DNA of 32,000 nt from an uncultured Erysipelotrichaceae bacterium (GCA_942493105.1 OW818668.1:150001-182000); one strand, 5' to 3'; positions 1-12,559 are shown, numbered from the stretch's first letter. Notes: a model not told the origin generated them from the letters alone. Numbers and translations: made by a program.

Positions 1-1
1 T

Positions 2-154
2 CCCATCATTAAGTTCAATGAAACCGATGCTTCCATTATTGCGATTGGTCCTGACCCAGCCTTGAAGCTGGACATACTCAATCCCATCGATCTCAATCGG
101 GTTACCTTCATAAATCAATTCATAACATTCTCTAACGGTCATATAAGTAATCAT
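2..154 (-). CDS. asnS: asparaginyl-tRNA synthetase, N-terminal ~51 codons (gene runs off the window start)
   Basis: Not in the ORF track because it is truncated. Minus-strand ATG at 154 has GAGGAA a few nt upstream. The translation MITYMTVRECYELIYEGNPIEIDGIEYVQLQGWVRTNRNNGSIGFIELNDG resembles the N-terminal OB-fold of class IIb AsnRS (GW.RT.R...F.E.NDGS). AspRS/LysRS cannot be fully excluded from 51 aa. Confidence 0.5.
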   Translation of the reverse strand, partial: MITYMTVRECYELIYEGNPIEIDGIEYVQLQGWVRTNRNNGSIGFIELNDG

Positions 155-161
155 GGTTTCC

Positions 162-785
162 TCACTTCATCGCGTTTGTTTCAAATACCAGTTCTTGGAT
201 CATAGAAACAACATCGACGGCTTTAACGGTCACCCCTTTGGGGACCTGTATATGTTCATGGGTAAAATCTACAATGCCTTTGATCCCTGCTTGAATCAGC
301 AAATCAACAGTTTCTTGGACATTAGAAGAAATCGTCAAGATGGCAATACGACATCCTTCGGGCAATTTTTCTTTAAGTTGGGTCATAGGATAAACAGGAA
401 TTTCATACGCATTTCCGATTTTTTCCGCATTGATATCAAAGGCACAGGCAATTTCCCCTACCACATGATTCCAACGGTTATAATTCATCAAAGCACGGCC
501 TAGATTACCAGCTCCGACAATGATCAGTTTCTCTTGGAATGCTCCACCCAAATGAGCATCAAATATTTCAATCAGACTTCCAACATCATAACCATATCCT
601 TGTTTTCCCAGTGATCCCAAAAATGAGAAATCGCGGCGAATCGTCGTAGGTTCTACATCGACAAACTCAGAGAGTTCTCGCGACATGATTCGACTGATCC
701 CCAAATGCTGGAGCTTCCTTAACGCCTTTAAATAAACAGGATAACGCTGTAGTGTTGCCTTAGGCACATTTTGATGATTTGACAT
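162..785 (-). CDS. rex: redox-sensing transcriptional repressor Rex
   Basis: 207-aa ORF with an N-terminal winged-helix region (ATLQRYPVYLKAL...ISRIMSRELS) and a C-terminal Rossmann GxGxxG motif (IIVGAGNLGRAL). SD GGAAGGTGA lies upstream. Rex-type operators are present at adhE and at its own promoter. Confidence 0.9.
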   Translation of the reverse strand: MSNHQNVPKATLQRYPVYLKALRKLQHLGISRIMSRELSEFVDVEPTTIRRDFSFLGSLGKQGYGYDVGSLIEIFDAHLGGAFQEKLIIVGAGNLGRALMNYNRWNHVVGEIACAFDINAEKIGNAYEIPVYPMTQLKEKLPEGCRIAILTISSNVQETVDLLIQAGIKGIVDFTHEHIQVPKGVTVKAVDVVSMIQELVFETNAMK

Positions 786-806
786 AACTTCACCTTCCTA
801 GACATA

Positions 807-838
807 ATGATAACATATTCACAAACGATTGTGAATAT
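807..838 (-). promoter_or_regulatory. putative rex promoter overlapped by a perfect 10+4+10 palindrome made of Rex half-sites
   Basis: On the minus strand: -35 TTCACA (830-835), 17-nt spacer, -10 TATCAT (807-812). The palindrome ATATTCACAA-ACGA-TTGTGAATAT spans 815-838. Confidence 0.5.
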
Positions 839-850
839 ATTTCATTAAAT

Positions 851-1849
851 TCACTTATACTCTAGGCCAGGATTGGCACTAATATCCAGATTTCCAAGAA
901 CTCCGTGACGATATGCCACTTCAGCAGCAGCACCGATCATGGCTGCATTGTCTGTACAGCACCATAAAGGTGGAATGGTTATCTTAAGATCTGGATATTC
1001 TAGATTTAGTTCATTGACCAACACTCTCAAGCGAGAATTCGCAGCAACCCCTCCAGCCAACACAAGATGCTTCACTTCAAAAGTATCTATGGCTAATTTA
1101 GTTTTACGTAGAAGTTCACCCAATACCGCTTCTTGAAAAGCATACGCTAGATCAGCTTGATTGATTTCACGCTCTTGTTTGGTTTCTCTTTGGACCAGTT
1201 GCAGGACAGCTGATTTTAAACCACTAAATGAAAAATTAAGCGGCTCTTCAGTTTTTACACGTGGGAGTTGATAATGCGCTTGACCTGTTTTAGCGAGTTT
1301 ATCGATGGCTGGTCCACCTGGATAAGGCAGGTGTAAAACGCGTGCCACTTTATCATAAGCCTCGCCTACCGCATCATCTTGAGTAGATCCTAGGATTTTA
1401 AAATCCCATTCTTCTTTTAGATAAACAAGTTCTGTGTGACCCCCAGAAACCACAAGAGCCAACAGTGGATACTCAATTGAATCTACAAAGGCATTTGCAT
1501 AAATATGTCCCGCAATATGATGGATTGGTATTAAAGGTTTGCCTGTTGCCCAAGCTAAAGTTTTTGCAGCTAAAAGTCCCACATGAAGTGAACCGATGAG
1601 TCCAGGACCTTGAGTCACAGCGATCGCATCGATTTGATCCATTGTGGAATTTGCCTTTTGAAGAGCTTCTTCTAAGACAACTGAAATATTCTCAATATGT
1701 AATCGAGAAGCTACTTCAGGAATGACTCCTCCAAATTTAGAATGAACATTGATTTGAGATGAAACGACATTAGATAAAACTGTCTTACCATCTTCAATGA
1801 TCGCAACGGCAGTTTCATCACATGAACTCTCTATGGCACAAATTCTCAT
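851..1849 (-). CDS. tsaD: tRNA N6-adenosine threonylcarbamoyltransferase TsaD (Kae1/Gcp family)
   Basis: 332 aa. Contains CAIESSCDETAVAI, the HHIAGHIY metal-binding His pair and the GGVAAN motif. SD AAGGAG lies upstream. Confidence 0.92.
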   Translation of the reverse strand: MRICAIESSCDETAVAIIEDGKTVLSNVVSSQINVHSKFGGVIPEVASRLHIENISVVLEEALQKANSTMDQIDAIAVTQGPGLIGSLHVGLLAAKTLAWATGKPLIPIHHIAGHIYANAFVDSIEYPLLALVVSGGHTELVYLKEEWDFKILGSTQDDAVGEAYDKVARVLHLPYPGGPAIDKLAKTGQAHYQLPRVKTEEPLNFSFSGLKSAVLQLVQRETKQEREINQADLAYAFQEAVLGELLRKTKLAIDTFEVKHLVLAGGVAANSRLRVLVNELNLEYPDLKITIPPLWCCTDNAAMIGAAAEVAYRHGVLGNLDISANPGLEYK

Positions 1850-1861
1850 AACGCTCCTTAG

Positions 1862-1886
1862 AAAACAAAACCCGCTGTAAGCGGGA
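1862..1886 (-). terminator. rho-independent terminator after adhE, abutting the tsaD SD
   Basis: The minus strand reads CCCGCT-TAC-AGCGGG followed by TTTTGTTTTC. The tsaD SD (AAGGAG) begins directly after the T-tract. Confidence 0.7.
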
Positions 1887-1927
1887 TTCGTTTACTGTTC
1901 AATTTTATCACAGAACAGCGTTTTTTT

Positions 1928-4573
1928 CTATTTTTGAATACCATATGCTTGTTTAAGAATGGTCTTAAGATCACTTACCAAAGGTAAACGTGGATTACAT
2001 GGGGTACACTGATCTTCATAAGCCAACATGGAAACCAGGTCCAGATTTGAATCAAATTGTTCTTGGGTAATGCCTTGGGCTTGTAGATTCATCGTGATCC
2101 CAATGCTTTGAGCTAAATCATGGCAAGCCTTCGCATACGACTCTACACCTTGCTCAAGCGTTTCAGCTGGTAAACCTAACATCTTTGCTAAGTTCTGATA
2201 CTTTTCATTGGCTTTGTAATAGTTATATTTTGGCCATGTTGCTGGCTTTGAAGGATGAGTTCCATTAAATCGAATCACAAGCGGCAGCAGTATCGCATTG
2301 GCTCGTGCATGAGGAACATGCCATGTTCCTCCAATCTTGTGAGCTAATGAATGATTAATTCCCAGGAAACTGTTGGCAAATGCCATGCCTGCTATCGTTG
2401 AAGCATTGTGCATTTTTTCTCTGGCTTCTGGATCATTTTTCCCTTCCTTTACAGCTCTGGGTAAATATTCAAAGACCATCTTGATGGCTTGTAGGCACAA
2501 CCCATCCGTAAAGTCTGAAGCTAAAGTTGATACATACGCTTCTGTGGCATGAGTCAAGACATCCATACCGGTATCCGCAGTGACAGACGCTGGAAGATTC
2601 ATGGTAAAGGTTGAATCTATGATTGCAACTGTCGGAGTCAATGAATAATCAGCTAAAGGATATTTCTTATTGACACGTTTATCGGTCAAGACTGCGAAAG
2701 GTGTTACTTCTGATCCTGTTCCTGAAGTCGTTGGAATACAAACCAGTTGCGTTTTCTTGCCAAGTTCAGGATACCTAAAGGCACGCTTACGTATGTCCAT
2801 GAATTTTTGCTTTAAATCATCAAAGTCAACTTCAGGGTGTTCATAAAACAGCCACATTCCTTTTGCCGCATCCATAGGTGAACCTCCACCTAATGCTATG
2901 ATCGTATCCGGCTTAAATGCATTCATCAATTCAAAGCCTTTTTTAACAGTATCCATGGATGGATCTGGTTCAACATCACAAAAGAGTTGAATCTGGACCT
3001 TATTACGTCTTTGATTAAGCTGATCTACAATTTTGGCATAATAACCAAGATCGACCATAGAGCGATCCGTAACCACAAACACTCTTTCGATCTCTTTCAT
3101 TTGTTGTAGATATTGAATAGAATTGCGTTCAAAGTATATTTTAGAAGGAATCTTGAACCATTGCATATTGTTGTTTCTGCGTCCTATACGCTTGATGTTG
3201 AGTAAATTGATGGCGGAGACATTGTTGGAAACAGAGTTATGACCATACGATCCACAACCCAGTGTTAGAGATGGAATAAAAGCATTGTAGACATTGCCGA
3301 TACCCCCAAAAGTAGCCGGAGAATTCCAAATGATACGAATGGCTTTACATGCTTTTCCAAATGAATCCGCAATATTCTTGTCTTGGGTATGAATGGCTGC
3401 AGAGTGACCAAGGCCATGGAATTCAACCATCTCTTTGCTGAAACGAAGACCTTCTTCGGTGGATTTAGAAACAATGAATGCCAGAACAGGGCTTAGTTTT
3501 TCTCGAGTACATGGTTCATTTTCACCAATTTCCTTAACAGGGACACCTAAGATGACAGTATTTTGAGGTACTTCAAAGCCGGCTTGCTTAGCGATCCAAT
3601 CTGCCGATTTCCCTACGATTGCTGCATTAAGTACTGCTCCTGAACAGTTTTGACCATAAGCATTCACTCCAAAGCAATATTTCTCTAGCTTTTCTTTTTC
3701 TTCTTTGTTAACGAAATAGACTCCATATTTCTTAAAGAGGGAAATCGCTTGATCATTGATTTCTTTGTCTATAATGACGCACTGTTCTGAAGCACAAATC
3801 ATCCCATTGTCAAATGCTTTAGACATGACAATGTCATTCACAGCTTGGCGAACATCACAGGTTTTTTCCATATAAGCAGGTACATTCCCAGCCCCTACAC
3901 CTAAAGCAGGTTTCCCACATGAGTAAGCTGCTTTGACCATGGCATTTCCTCCTGTAGCCAAGATTGTAGCGACATCTTTATGGTTCATTAAGAAGCCCGT
4001 TCCTTCTTTAGAAGGTTGTTGGATCCATTGGATGCAATGAAGCGGAGCTCCGGCTTTGACAGCCGCATCATAAACGATTTTTGCTGCACTTGCGGAACAC
4101 ATTTGGGCACCAGGATGAAAGGAAAATATAATTGGATTTCTTGTCTTTAGAGAAATCAAACATTTAAAAATAACCGTAGAAGTAGGATTGGTAATTGGCG
4201 TGATTCCTGCGATTACCCCAACAGGTTCTGCAATTTCAGTAATGCCTGTCGACTCATTTTCAGAAATAATGCCAACGGTTCTTAAATGCCGCATATCATT
4301 GACGACAAACTCACAGGCAAACAAATTCTTCGTCGCTTTGTCTTCGAAAACACCACGACCCGTTTCTTTAACTGCCAACATGGCTAATTCTCCATGTTGA
4401 TCAAGCGCTGCAACACTTGCTTTAGCAACGATATAATCGATTTCTTCTTGAGTTAACTGCATAAACCCATCTAGAGCAGTCATGCCCTTTTTGACCAGTT
4501 CATCAACATCATTTTCGATGGTTTGAAGCGGTGTTAATTCTAGTGATTGAGTGATCTCTTTCTTCATCATCAT
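1928..4573 (-). CDS. adhE: bifunctional acetaldehyde-CoA/alcohol dehydrogenase AdhE
   Basis: 881 aa with an N-terminal acylating aldehyde dehydrogenase half and a C-terminal Fe-ADH half (GGGSPMDAAK, His-rich metal site). There are three consecutive ATGs (4573/4570/4567). SD GGAGGA at 4575-4580 favours the 2nd or 3rd. Confidence 0.93.
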   Translation of the reverse strand: MMMKKEITQSLELTPLQTIENDVDELVKKGMTALDGFMQLTQEEIDYIVAKASVAALDQHGELAMLAVKETGRGVFEDKATKNLFACEFVVNDMRHLRTVGIISENESTGITEIAEPVGVIAGITPITNPTSTVIFKCLISLKTRNPIIFSFHPGAQMCSASAAKIVYDAAVKAGAPLHCIQWIQQPSKEGTGFLMNHKDVATILATGGNAMVKAAYSCGKPALGVGAGNVPAYMEKTCDVRQAVNDIVMSKAFDNGMICASEQCVIIDKEINDQAISLFKKYGVYFVNKEEKEKLEKYCFGVNAYGQNCSGAVLNAAIVGKSADWIAKQAGFEVPQNTVILGVPVKEIGENEPCTREKLSPVLAFIVSKSTEEGLRFSKEMVEFHGLGHSAAIHTQDKNIADSFGKACKAIRIIWNSPATFGGIGNVYNAFIPSLTLGCGSYGHNSVSNNVSAINLLNIKRIGRRNNNMQWFKIPSKIYFERNSIQYLQQMKEIERVFVVTDRSMVDLGYYAKIVDQLNQRRNKVQIQLFCDVEPDPSMDTVKKGFELMNAFKPDTIIALGGGSPMDAAKGMWLFYEHPEVDFDDLKQKFMDIRKRAFRYPELGKKTQLVCIPTTSGTGSEVTPFAVLTDKRVNKKYPLADYSLTPTVAIIDSTFTMNLPASVTADTGMDVLTHATEAYVSTLASDFTDGLCLQAIKMVFEYLPRAVKEGKNDPEAREKMHNASTIAGMAFANSFLGINHSLAHKIGGTWHVPHARANAILLPLVIRFNGTHPSKPATWPKYNYYKANEKYQNLAKMLGLPAETLEQGVESYAKACHDLAQSIGITMNLQAQGITQEQFDSNLDLVSMLAYEDQCTPCNPRLPLVSDLKTILKQAYGIQK

Positions 4574-4585
4574 GTCCTCCGTGAC

Positions 4586-4659
4586 TTGTTATTATTTTCA
4601 CATATCCACTATAACCTATGTAATATGCTTCGTCAAGTAATTTGTTATATTATTCACAA
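4586..4659 (-). promoter_or_regulatory. adhE sigma-A promoter flanked by two Rex operators
   Basis: On the minus strand: -35 TTGACG (4631-4636), 17-nt spacer, -10 TATAGT (4608-4613). Rex box 1 TTGTTATATTATTCACAA (4642-4659) lies just upstream of the -35. Rex box 2 TTGTTATTATTTTCACAT (4586-4603) covers the predicted +1. Both were compared with the Firmicute Rex consensus TTGTGAAWWWWTTCACAA. Confidence 0.65.
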
Positions 4660-4684
4660 GTAAACGGTTACATTATTTTGCATC

Positions 4685-4708
4685 AAAAAAGGAACCCCTT
4701 GAGTTCCT
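4685..4708 (-). terminator. rho-independent terminator after rimI
   Basis: The minus strand reads AGGAAC-TCAAGGG-GTTCCT followed by TTTTTT, immediately after the rimI stop. Confidence 0.7.
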
Positions 4709-4709
4709 C

Positions 4710-5144
4710 TTAACTGACTTGTTTTAACATCAATACCGCGTCTTCATAAGGATGAGAATAGTATTGTTTGCGAATCGTTACTTGTTTAAATCCAGCTTTT
4801 TCATAAAGATGAATAGCCTTCTTGTTGGATACCCTAACTTCCAATGTGATCACAGAAACGTGTTGTTGGCTTGCAAGCTGCAATGCATAATTTAGTAATG
4901 CTTTACCAAAGCCTTGGTTTTGAACCTGTGGGTCAACTCCAAGTGTCGTGATCTGCATCGCATCATCATTGATCCAGAGTCCTAGATATCCTTTAATGCC
5001 CTCTTCTTCGATGACAACATAATGGGCATATGGATTCTGGGTCAATTCGAAATGATAATTCTCTTTGGTCCATGGTGAACTAAACAGTTTAAGTTCTAAA
5101 TCCAAAATCAAATCTAGATCATCCTGGCCCATTTTTCTAATCAT
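4710..5144 (-). CDS. rimI: ribosomal-protein-alanine N-acetyltransferase RimI (GNAT)
   Basis: 144 aa. GNAT motif A is present (VDPQVQNQGFGKALL). It sits in the conserved tsaE-tsaB-rimI context, and a 4-nt overlap with tsaB suggests coupling. Confidence 0.85.
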   Translation of the reverse strand: MIRKMGQDDLDLILDLELKLFSSPWTKENYHFELTQNPYAHYVVIEEEGIKGYLGLWINDDAMQITTLGVDPQVQNQGFGKALLNYALQLASQQHVSVITLEVRVSNKKAIHLYEKAGFKQVTIRKQYYSHPYEDAVLMLKQVS

Positions 5145-5737
5145 TGACCATACCCATCCATTTCTTTAAGATAACGGGGAACTAAAGTATGGACATTATC
5201 GACTTTGATCCACTGAGATTTAAGTTCAACGAAATGTTGAACTAGATCGACTTCAATGGCTTTTTGACCTAAAAGCAGAGCATCTCCCACAAAGATTGCT
5301 TCAGGATCAAGATTATCTTTAGCCTCATCAATGGGTACCACAGTATCTTCATGAACTGGAATCCCATTTTTATAGTGACCCAGATAAACACGTTTAGCGC
5401 GTGCATCCATGACTACATAGACATTTGGATTCAAACCAGCCAGAAGCTGAAGACTGCTGATGGTGTAAAGTTGAATCCCTTGAATAAGTCCCAACACTTT
5501 CGCGACCGTCATAGAGATTCTTAGTCCCGTATAACTGCCTGGGCCATCGGTTAGAACCAAAGCTTGTAGTTCGCTTGGAATCCAACCTGCTTCTTTAAAT
5601 AAGCGATCGATCTCAACCATGATGGTTTCAGACTGTTGTTTGAAGGCAGGTTTTTGAATTGATGAAATGACTTGATCATCATCAATCAACGCAATGGTCA
5701 AATAGCTATGCGAGGTATCTAGTGCTAAAGTTTTCAT
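5141..5737 (-). CDS. tsaB: tRNA threonylcarbamoyladenosine biosynthesis protein TsaB (YeaZ)
   Basis: 198 aa. It has a YeaZ-like N-terminus (LALDTS...GPGSYTGLRI) and overlaps both tsaE and rimI. Confidence 0.85.
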   Translation of the reverse strand: MKTLALDTSHSYLTIALIDDDQVISSIQKPAFKQQSETIMVEIDRLFKEAGWIPSELQALVLTDGPGSYTGLRISMTVAKVLGLIQGIQLYTISSLQLLAGLNPNVYVVMDARAKRVYLGHYKNGIPVHEDTVVPIDEAKDNLDPEAIFVGDALLLGQKAIEVDLVQHFVELKSQWIKVDNVHTLVPRYLKEMDGYGQ

Positions 5738-6183
5738 TCTAGGTTCTCCAAAATATGCGAATATGTCGACCCATGGGAAATCAATTCGATCAAACGATCA
5801 TCTTCATCCAAACGGGTCATTTTGATTTCTAAGTAAGCTTTAGGTAAGAGTTCTTTAATGTAGTCTGGCCATTCAATGACACAGACGCCTTCAGTTCCAA
5901 TCAGTTCTTCAAAACCAAGATCTTGATGAAGTCCTTCTAAACGATACGCATCGATGTGGACCAGTTTTAATCTTCCAGTATAGATCTTCATGATGGTAAA
6001 AGTAGGGCTAGAGACCATTTTTTGGATGTCTAGACCTTTGGCTAATCCTTGAGTAAAAGTCGTCTTACCTGCGCCTAAATCACCGCTGAGGGTAATTACG
6101 GATTTGTCTTTAAGTTGTAACCCGATTTGTTGGGCTAAAGCTTTGGTTTCTTGGGGGGAATGGGTGATCATTTGTTTTTTCAT
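5734..6183 (-). CDS. tsaE: tRNA t6A biosynthesis ATPase TsaE (YjeE)
   Basis: 149 aa with Walker A GDLGAGKTTF and the SPTF motif. Confidence 0.88.
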   Translation of the reverse strand: MKKQMITHSPQETKALAQQIGLQLKDKSVITLSGDLGAGKTTFTQGLAKGLDIQKMVSSPTFTIMKIYTGRLKLVHIDAYRLEGLHQDLGFEELIGTEGVCVIEWPDYIKELLPKAYLEIKMTRLDEDDRLIELISHGSTYSHILENLE

Positions 6184-6194
6184 AGTGCTCTAAC

Positions 6195-6203
6195 ATTATA
6201 TCA
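6195..6203 (-). promoter_or_regulatory. extended -10 element (TGaTATAAT) for the tsaE operon
   Basis: The minus strand reads TTTGATATAATGTTAGAGCACTATG. Only 11 nt separate the -10 from the ATG and there is no SD, implying a very short leader or none. Confidence 0.4.
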
Positions 6204-6223
6204 AATTATTGATAAGACAAAAG

Positions 6224-6249
6224 AAAAACTCCCTTATGGGGAGTTTTTC
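6224..6249. terminator. terminator between the 5S rRNA and the tsaE operon
   Basis: ACTCCC-TTATG-GGGAGT hairpin flanked by an A-run and a T-run. On the minus strand it follows the 5S gene. Confidence 0.75.
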
Positions 6250-6250
6250 T

Positions 6251-6365
6251 AACTGGCAACGTGCTCTTTTCACTACGGCTAGCGTAGCTATATTTACCGC
6301 TGAAGTGCTTAACTTCTGTGTTCGGGATGGGAACAGGTGTGACCACTTCGCTATTGTCACCAGAT
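6251..6365 (-). rRNA. rrf: 5S ribosomal RNA
   Basis: The reverse complement reads TCTGGTGACAATAGCGAAGTGGTCACACCTGTTCCCATCCCGAACACAGAAGTTAAGC..., a canonical bacterial 5S. Ends are approximate. Confidence 0.9.
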
Positions 6366-6459
6366 CTGAGAGTTTATTCTCTCAAAACCGAATATCAGAT
6401 AGATAGTTGTTGTATTCAGGACGATCAATCTAAATAATTGATGTCTAAGTTATGGGTGT

Positions 6460-9351
<2,892 letters not shown>

Positions 9352-9548
9352 CTTGTTTTATTAACGTGTGTTTAACTGCTGTATTCTTGTTTTGCTTGAT
9401 TTACTGTTTATTTAAAACTGTTTGTTTCTCGTAATAAAAATCTTAGTTTTAGTTTTCAACTATTCAGAAAGATCATGTATTTATACATTTTTCTATCTGT
9501 TATTCGGTTTTCAAAGAACGAACTTCTTAAAATGAGAGCCGAGCTCTC

Positions 9549-9564
9549 AAAACTAAATAGGAAA
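9549..9564 (-). other. 3' arm of the 16S processing stalk (pairs with 11192-11207)
   Basis: AAAACTAAATAGGAAA at 9549-9564 is the exact reverse complement of 11192-11207. This gives a 16-bp helix bracketing the 16S gene, typical of RNase III processing stems. Confidence 0.6.
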
Positions 9565-9594
9565 TAGTGTCGATTTATGCAATTCTTTCTCCTT

Positions 9595-11120
<1,526 letters not shown>

Positions 11121-11191
11121 TTTGCTCATATTTTTTTTAATTAAAACCGACCTAAGTCGGTCAACATTTCTGTTATTTTAATCGACGTTTT

Positions 11192-11212
11192 TTTCCTATT
11201 TAGTTTTCAAAG
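11192..11212 (-). promoter_or_regulatory. rRNA leader boxA-like element and 5' arm of the 16S processing stalk
   Basis: The minus strand reads CTTTGAAAACTAAATAGGAAA. A related TTCTTTGAAAAC occurs in the 16S-23S spacer. This resembles Firmicute rRNA antitermination boxA. Confidence 0.5.
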
Positions 11213-11287
11213 ATCGGCTGCATCCACTTGTTTTGAGCGCTTCTTGCTAATGCTTGTAGCGTTCGTTGTTTTCGTGAGTGCCTATTT

Positions 11288-11316
11288 ATAATATCAAATG
11301 CCCCATTGACTGTCAA
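11288..11316 (-). promoter_or_regulatory. rRNA operon promoter
   Basis: On the minus strand: TTGACA (11311-11316), 17-nt spacer, and an extended -10 TGaTATTAT (-10 hexamer at 11288-11293). Confidence 0.65.
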
Positions 11317-11380
11317 CAACTTTCACCCACATTTCTCAATTTATTTTTCTTGAAATTTGGGTAGGGCGGAAAACACATTT

Positions 11381-11920
11381 TTACTCTAGCGATTTACGAT
11401 GCACTTTAAGGTAAACATCGAAGTAATCCTCAATTTCATCTCTTATAAAGGGTGATTGCTTAGCTTTGATGAGTTCTAAGAGTTCTTGCAGGGTTCTTTC
11501 CACAATAACTTTCAAATCATCGCTATAACGCATCAACTCCCCGTGCAGGGCATATTCATCCTCATCAAGGATGTTGGTTGCCCCATCTGGATAGACTTTT
11601 ACATCCAAATCATAGTCGATGTTCTTGAGTGCTTCCCCGTCATATAAGGAAGGTGAAGCCAAATTACAATAATAATAGATCCCGCTTTTTCGAAGCATCG
11701 CAATGATATTGAACCATTTTTCAGGATAGAAGAAACATATGGCCGGCTCTCTGGTAAACCAGCGTCTGCCATCGGCTTCGATCACCCAGGTTTTATTGGT
11801 GACGACCACGGTCCGTTCATCGGTACTTTCTAAAACCAAGCCCCTTAACCATGTGCGGTGTAAAGTCCCGTTGTGTTTATATGACTGGATTTTGATGGTT
11901 TGTCCTTGTTTGAGATTCAT
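11381..11920 (-). CDS. DUF402/UPF0374 family protein (YgaC / nucleoside tri- and diphosphatase Ntdp-like)
   Basis: 179 aa. KSYKHNG.LHR.W...FFYPEKWFNI...YYCNLASP...DYDLDVKV matches the DUF402 family. It has its own extended -10 (TGcTATAAT) and SD AAGGAA. Confidence 0.75.
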   Translation of the reverse strand: MNLKQGQTIKIQSYKHNGTLHRTWLRGLVLESTDERTVVVTNKTWVIEADGRRWFTREPAICFFYPEKWFNIIAMLRKSGIYYYCNLASPSLYDGEALKNIDYDLDVKVYPDGATNILDEDEYALHGELMRYSDDLKVIVERTLQELLELIKAKQSPFIRDEIEDYFDVYLKVHRKSLE

Positions 11921-11962
11921 GCGATTTCCTTAATGGGCTTTTCTATTATAGCACAAGTCCCT

Positions 11963-11992
11963 TAAAGAAAAGGATGAGATTGACTCATCCTT
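11963..11992 (-). terminator. rho-independent terminator after thiT
   Basis: The minus strand reads AAGGATGAG-TCAAT-CTCATCCTT followed by TTCTTTAAGG (T-rich). It overlaps the thiT stop codon. Confidence 0.75.
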
Positions 11993-12551
11993 AGTCTTGA
12001 ATATATTTTTTGGGTAAGCGATGAAGGATCAAAGGAACCAAGATGACCCCTAACAGAATCGTTGGGATCATGTAGCTTAAGTTATAGTTGATCGAGAAGA
12101 TCCAAGCTTCAGGCGATCCAGCTGCTGTTTCGACCCACAGATACGTTCCCACTACGATATGGCTTAAGGAACGAATCAGATTGGTGATGATGACCCCTGT
12201 TTTGATTTCCACCTTGTTGATCGTGAAATCTTTAAACAACGGTGCACATCCATAAATTCCAAAGGGAATGACATAATCCAACAATAAGCCAACCAAAGGC
12301 CAAGTCGGGGTAAACCAAATGCCACCTGATGAGATGACCTGCAAAGGCACACTGATCAATCCTACCACAATGCCTTCTTTCCAACCCAAATGATAAGCAG
12401 CGATCAAGATGGCCAAACTTCCTAGACCTAAAGATCCGCCATTGGGCATCTTGAATAACCCAAAGGTATGTGCTGCATAATCCAAAACGATAAACAAAGC
12501 TGCATACAAAGCCATGAATACCAACCTCAAAACAATTCGATCTCGTTTCAT
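11991..12551 (-). CDS. thiT: ECF-transporter S component for thiamine (ThiT/YuaJ-like)
   Basis: Start reassigned to the internal ATG at 12551 (MKRDRIV...), which has SD AGGAGG 7 nt upstream. The protein is about 186 aa and polytopic, with FKMPNGGSLGLG...GWKEG as in ThiT. A TPP riboswitch lies directly upstream. Confidence 0.8.
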   Translation of the reverse strand: MKRDRIVLRLVFMALYAALFIVLDYAAHTFGLFKMPNGGSLGLGSLAILIAAYHLGWKEGIVVGLISVPLQVISSGGIWFTPTWPLVGLLLDYVIPFGIYGCAPLFKDFTINKVEIKTGVIITNLIRSLSHIVVGTYLWVETAAGSPEAWIFSINYNLSYMIPTILLGVILVPLILHRLPKKYIQD

Positions 12552-12559
12552 AAAAATAC

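Noticed and set aside
153-5585. Antisense or overlapping ORFs inside rex, tsaD, adhE and tsaB (153-503, 939-1136, 3265-3474, 4188-4400, 5394-5585). The same applies to similar ones inside the mgtA, MgtE-module, Nramp-related, murF and kinase genes.
   Set aside because: Each is nested in a strongly supported gene in another frame or on the other strand. They lack SDs and give compositionally biased translations.
9352-9594. tRNA-Ile/tRNA-Ala genes in the 16S-23S spacer
   Set aside because: The spacer is about 240 nt and AT-rich. It contains no cloverleaf-capable segment, only a boxA-like TTCTTTGAAAAC and processing-stem sequences.
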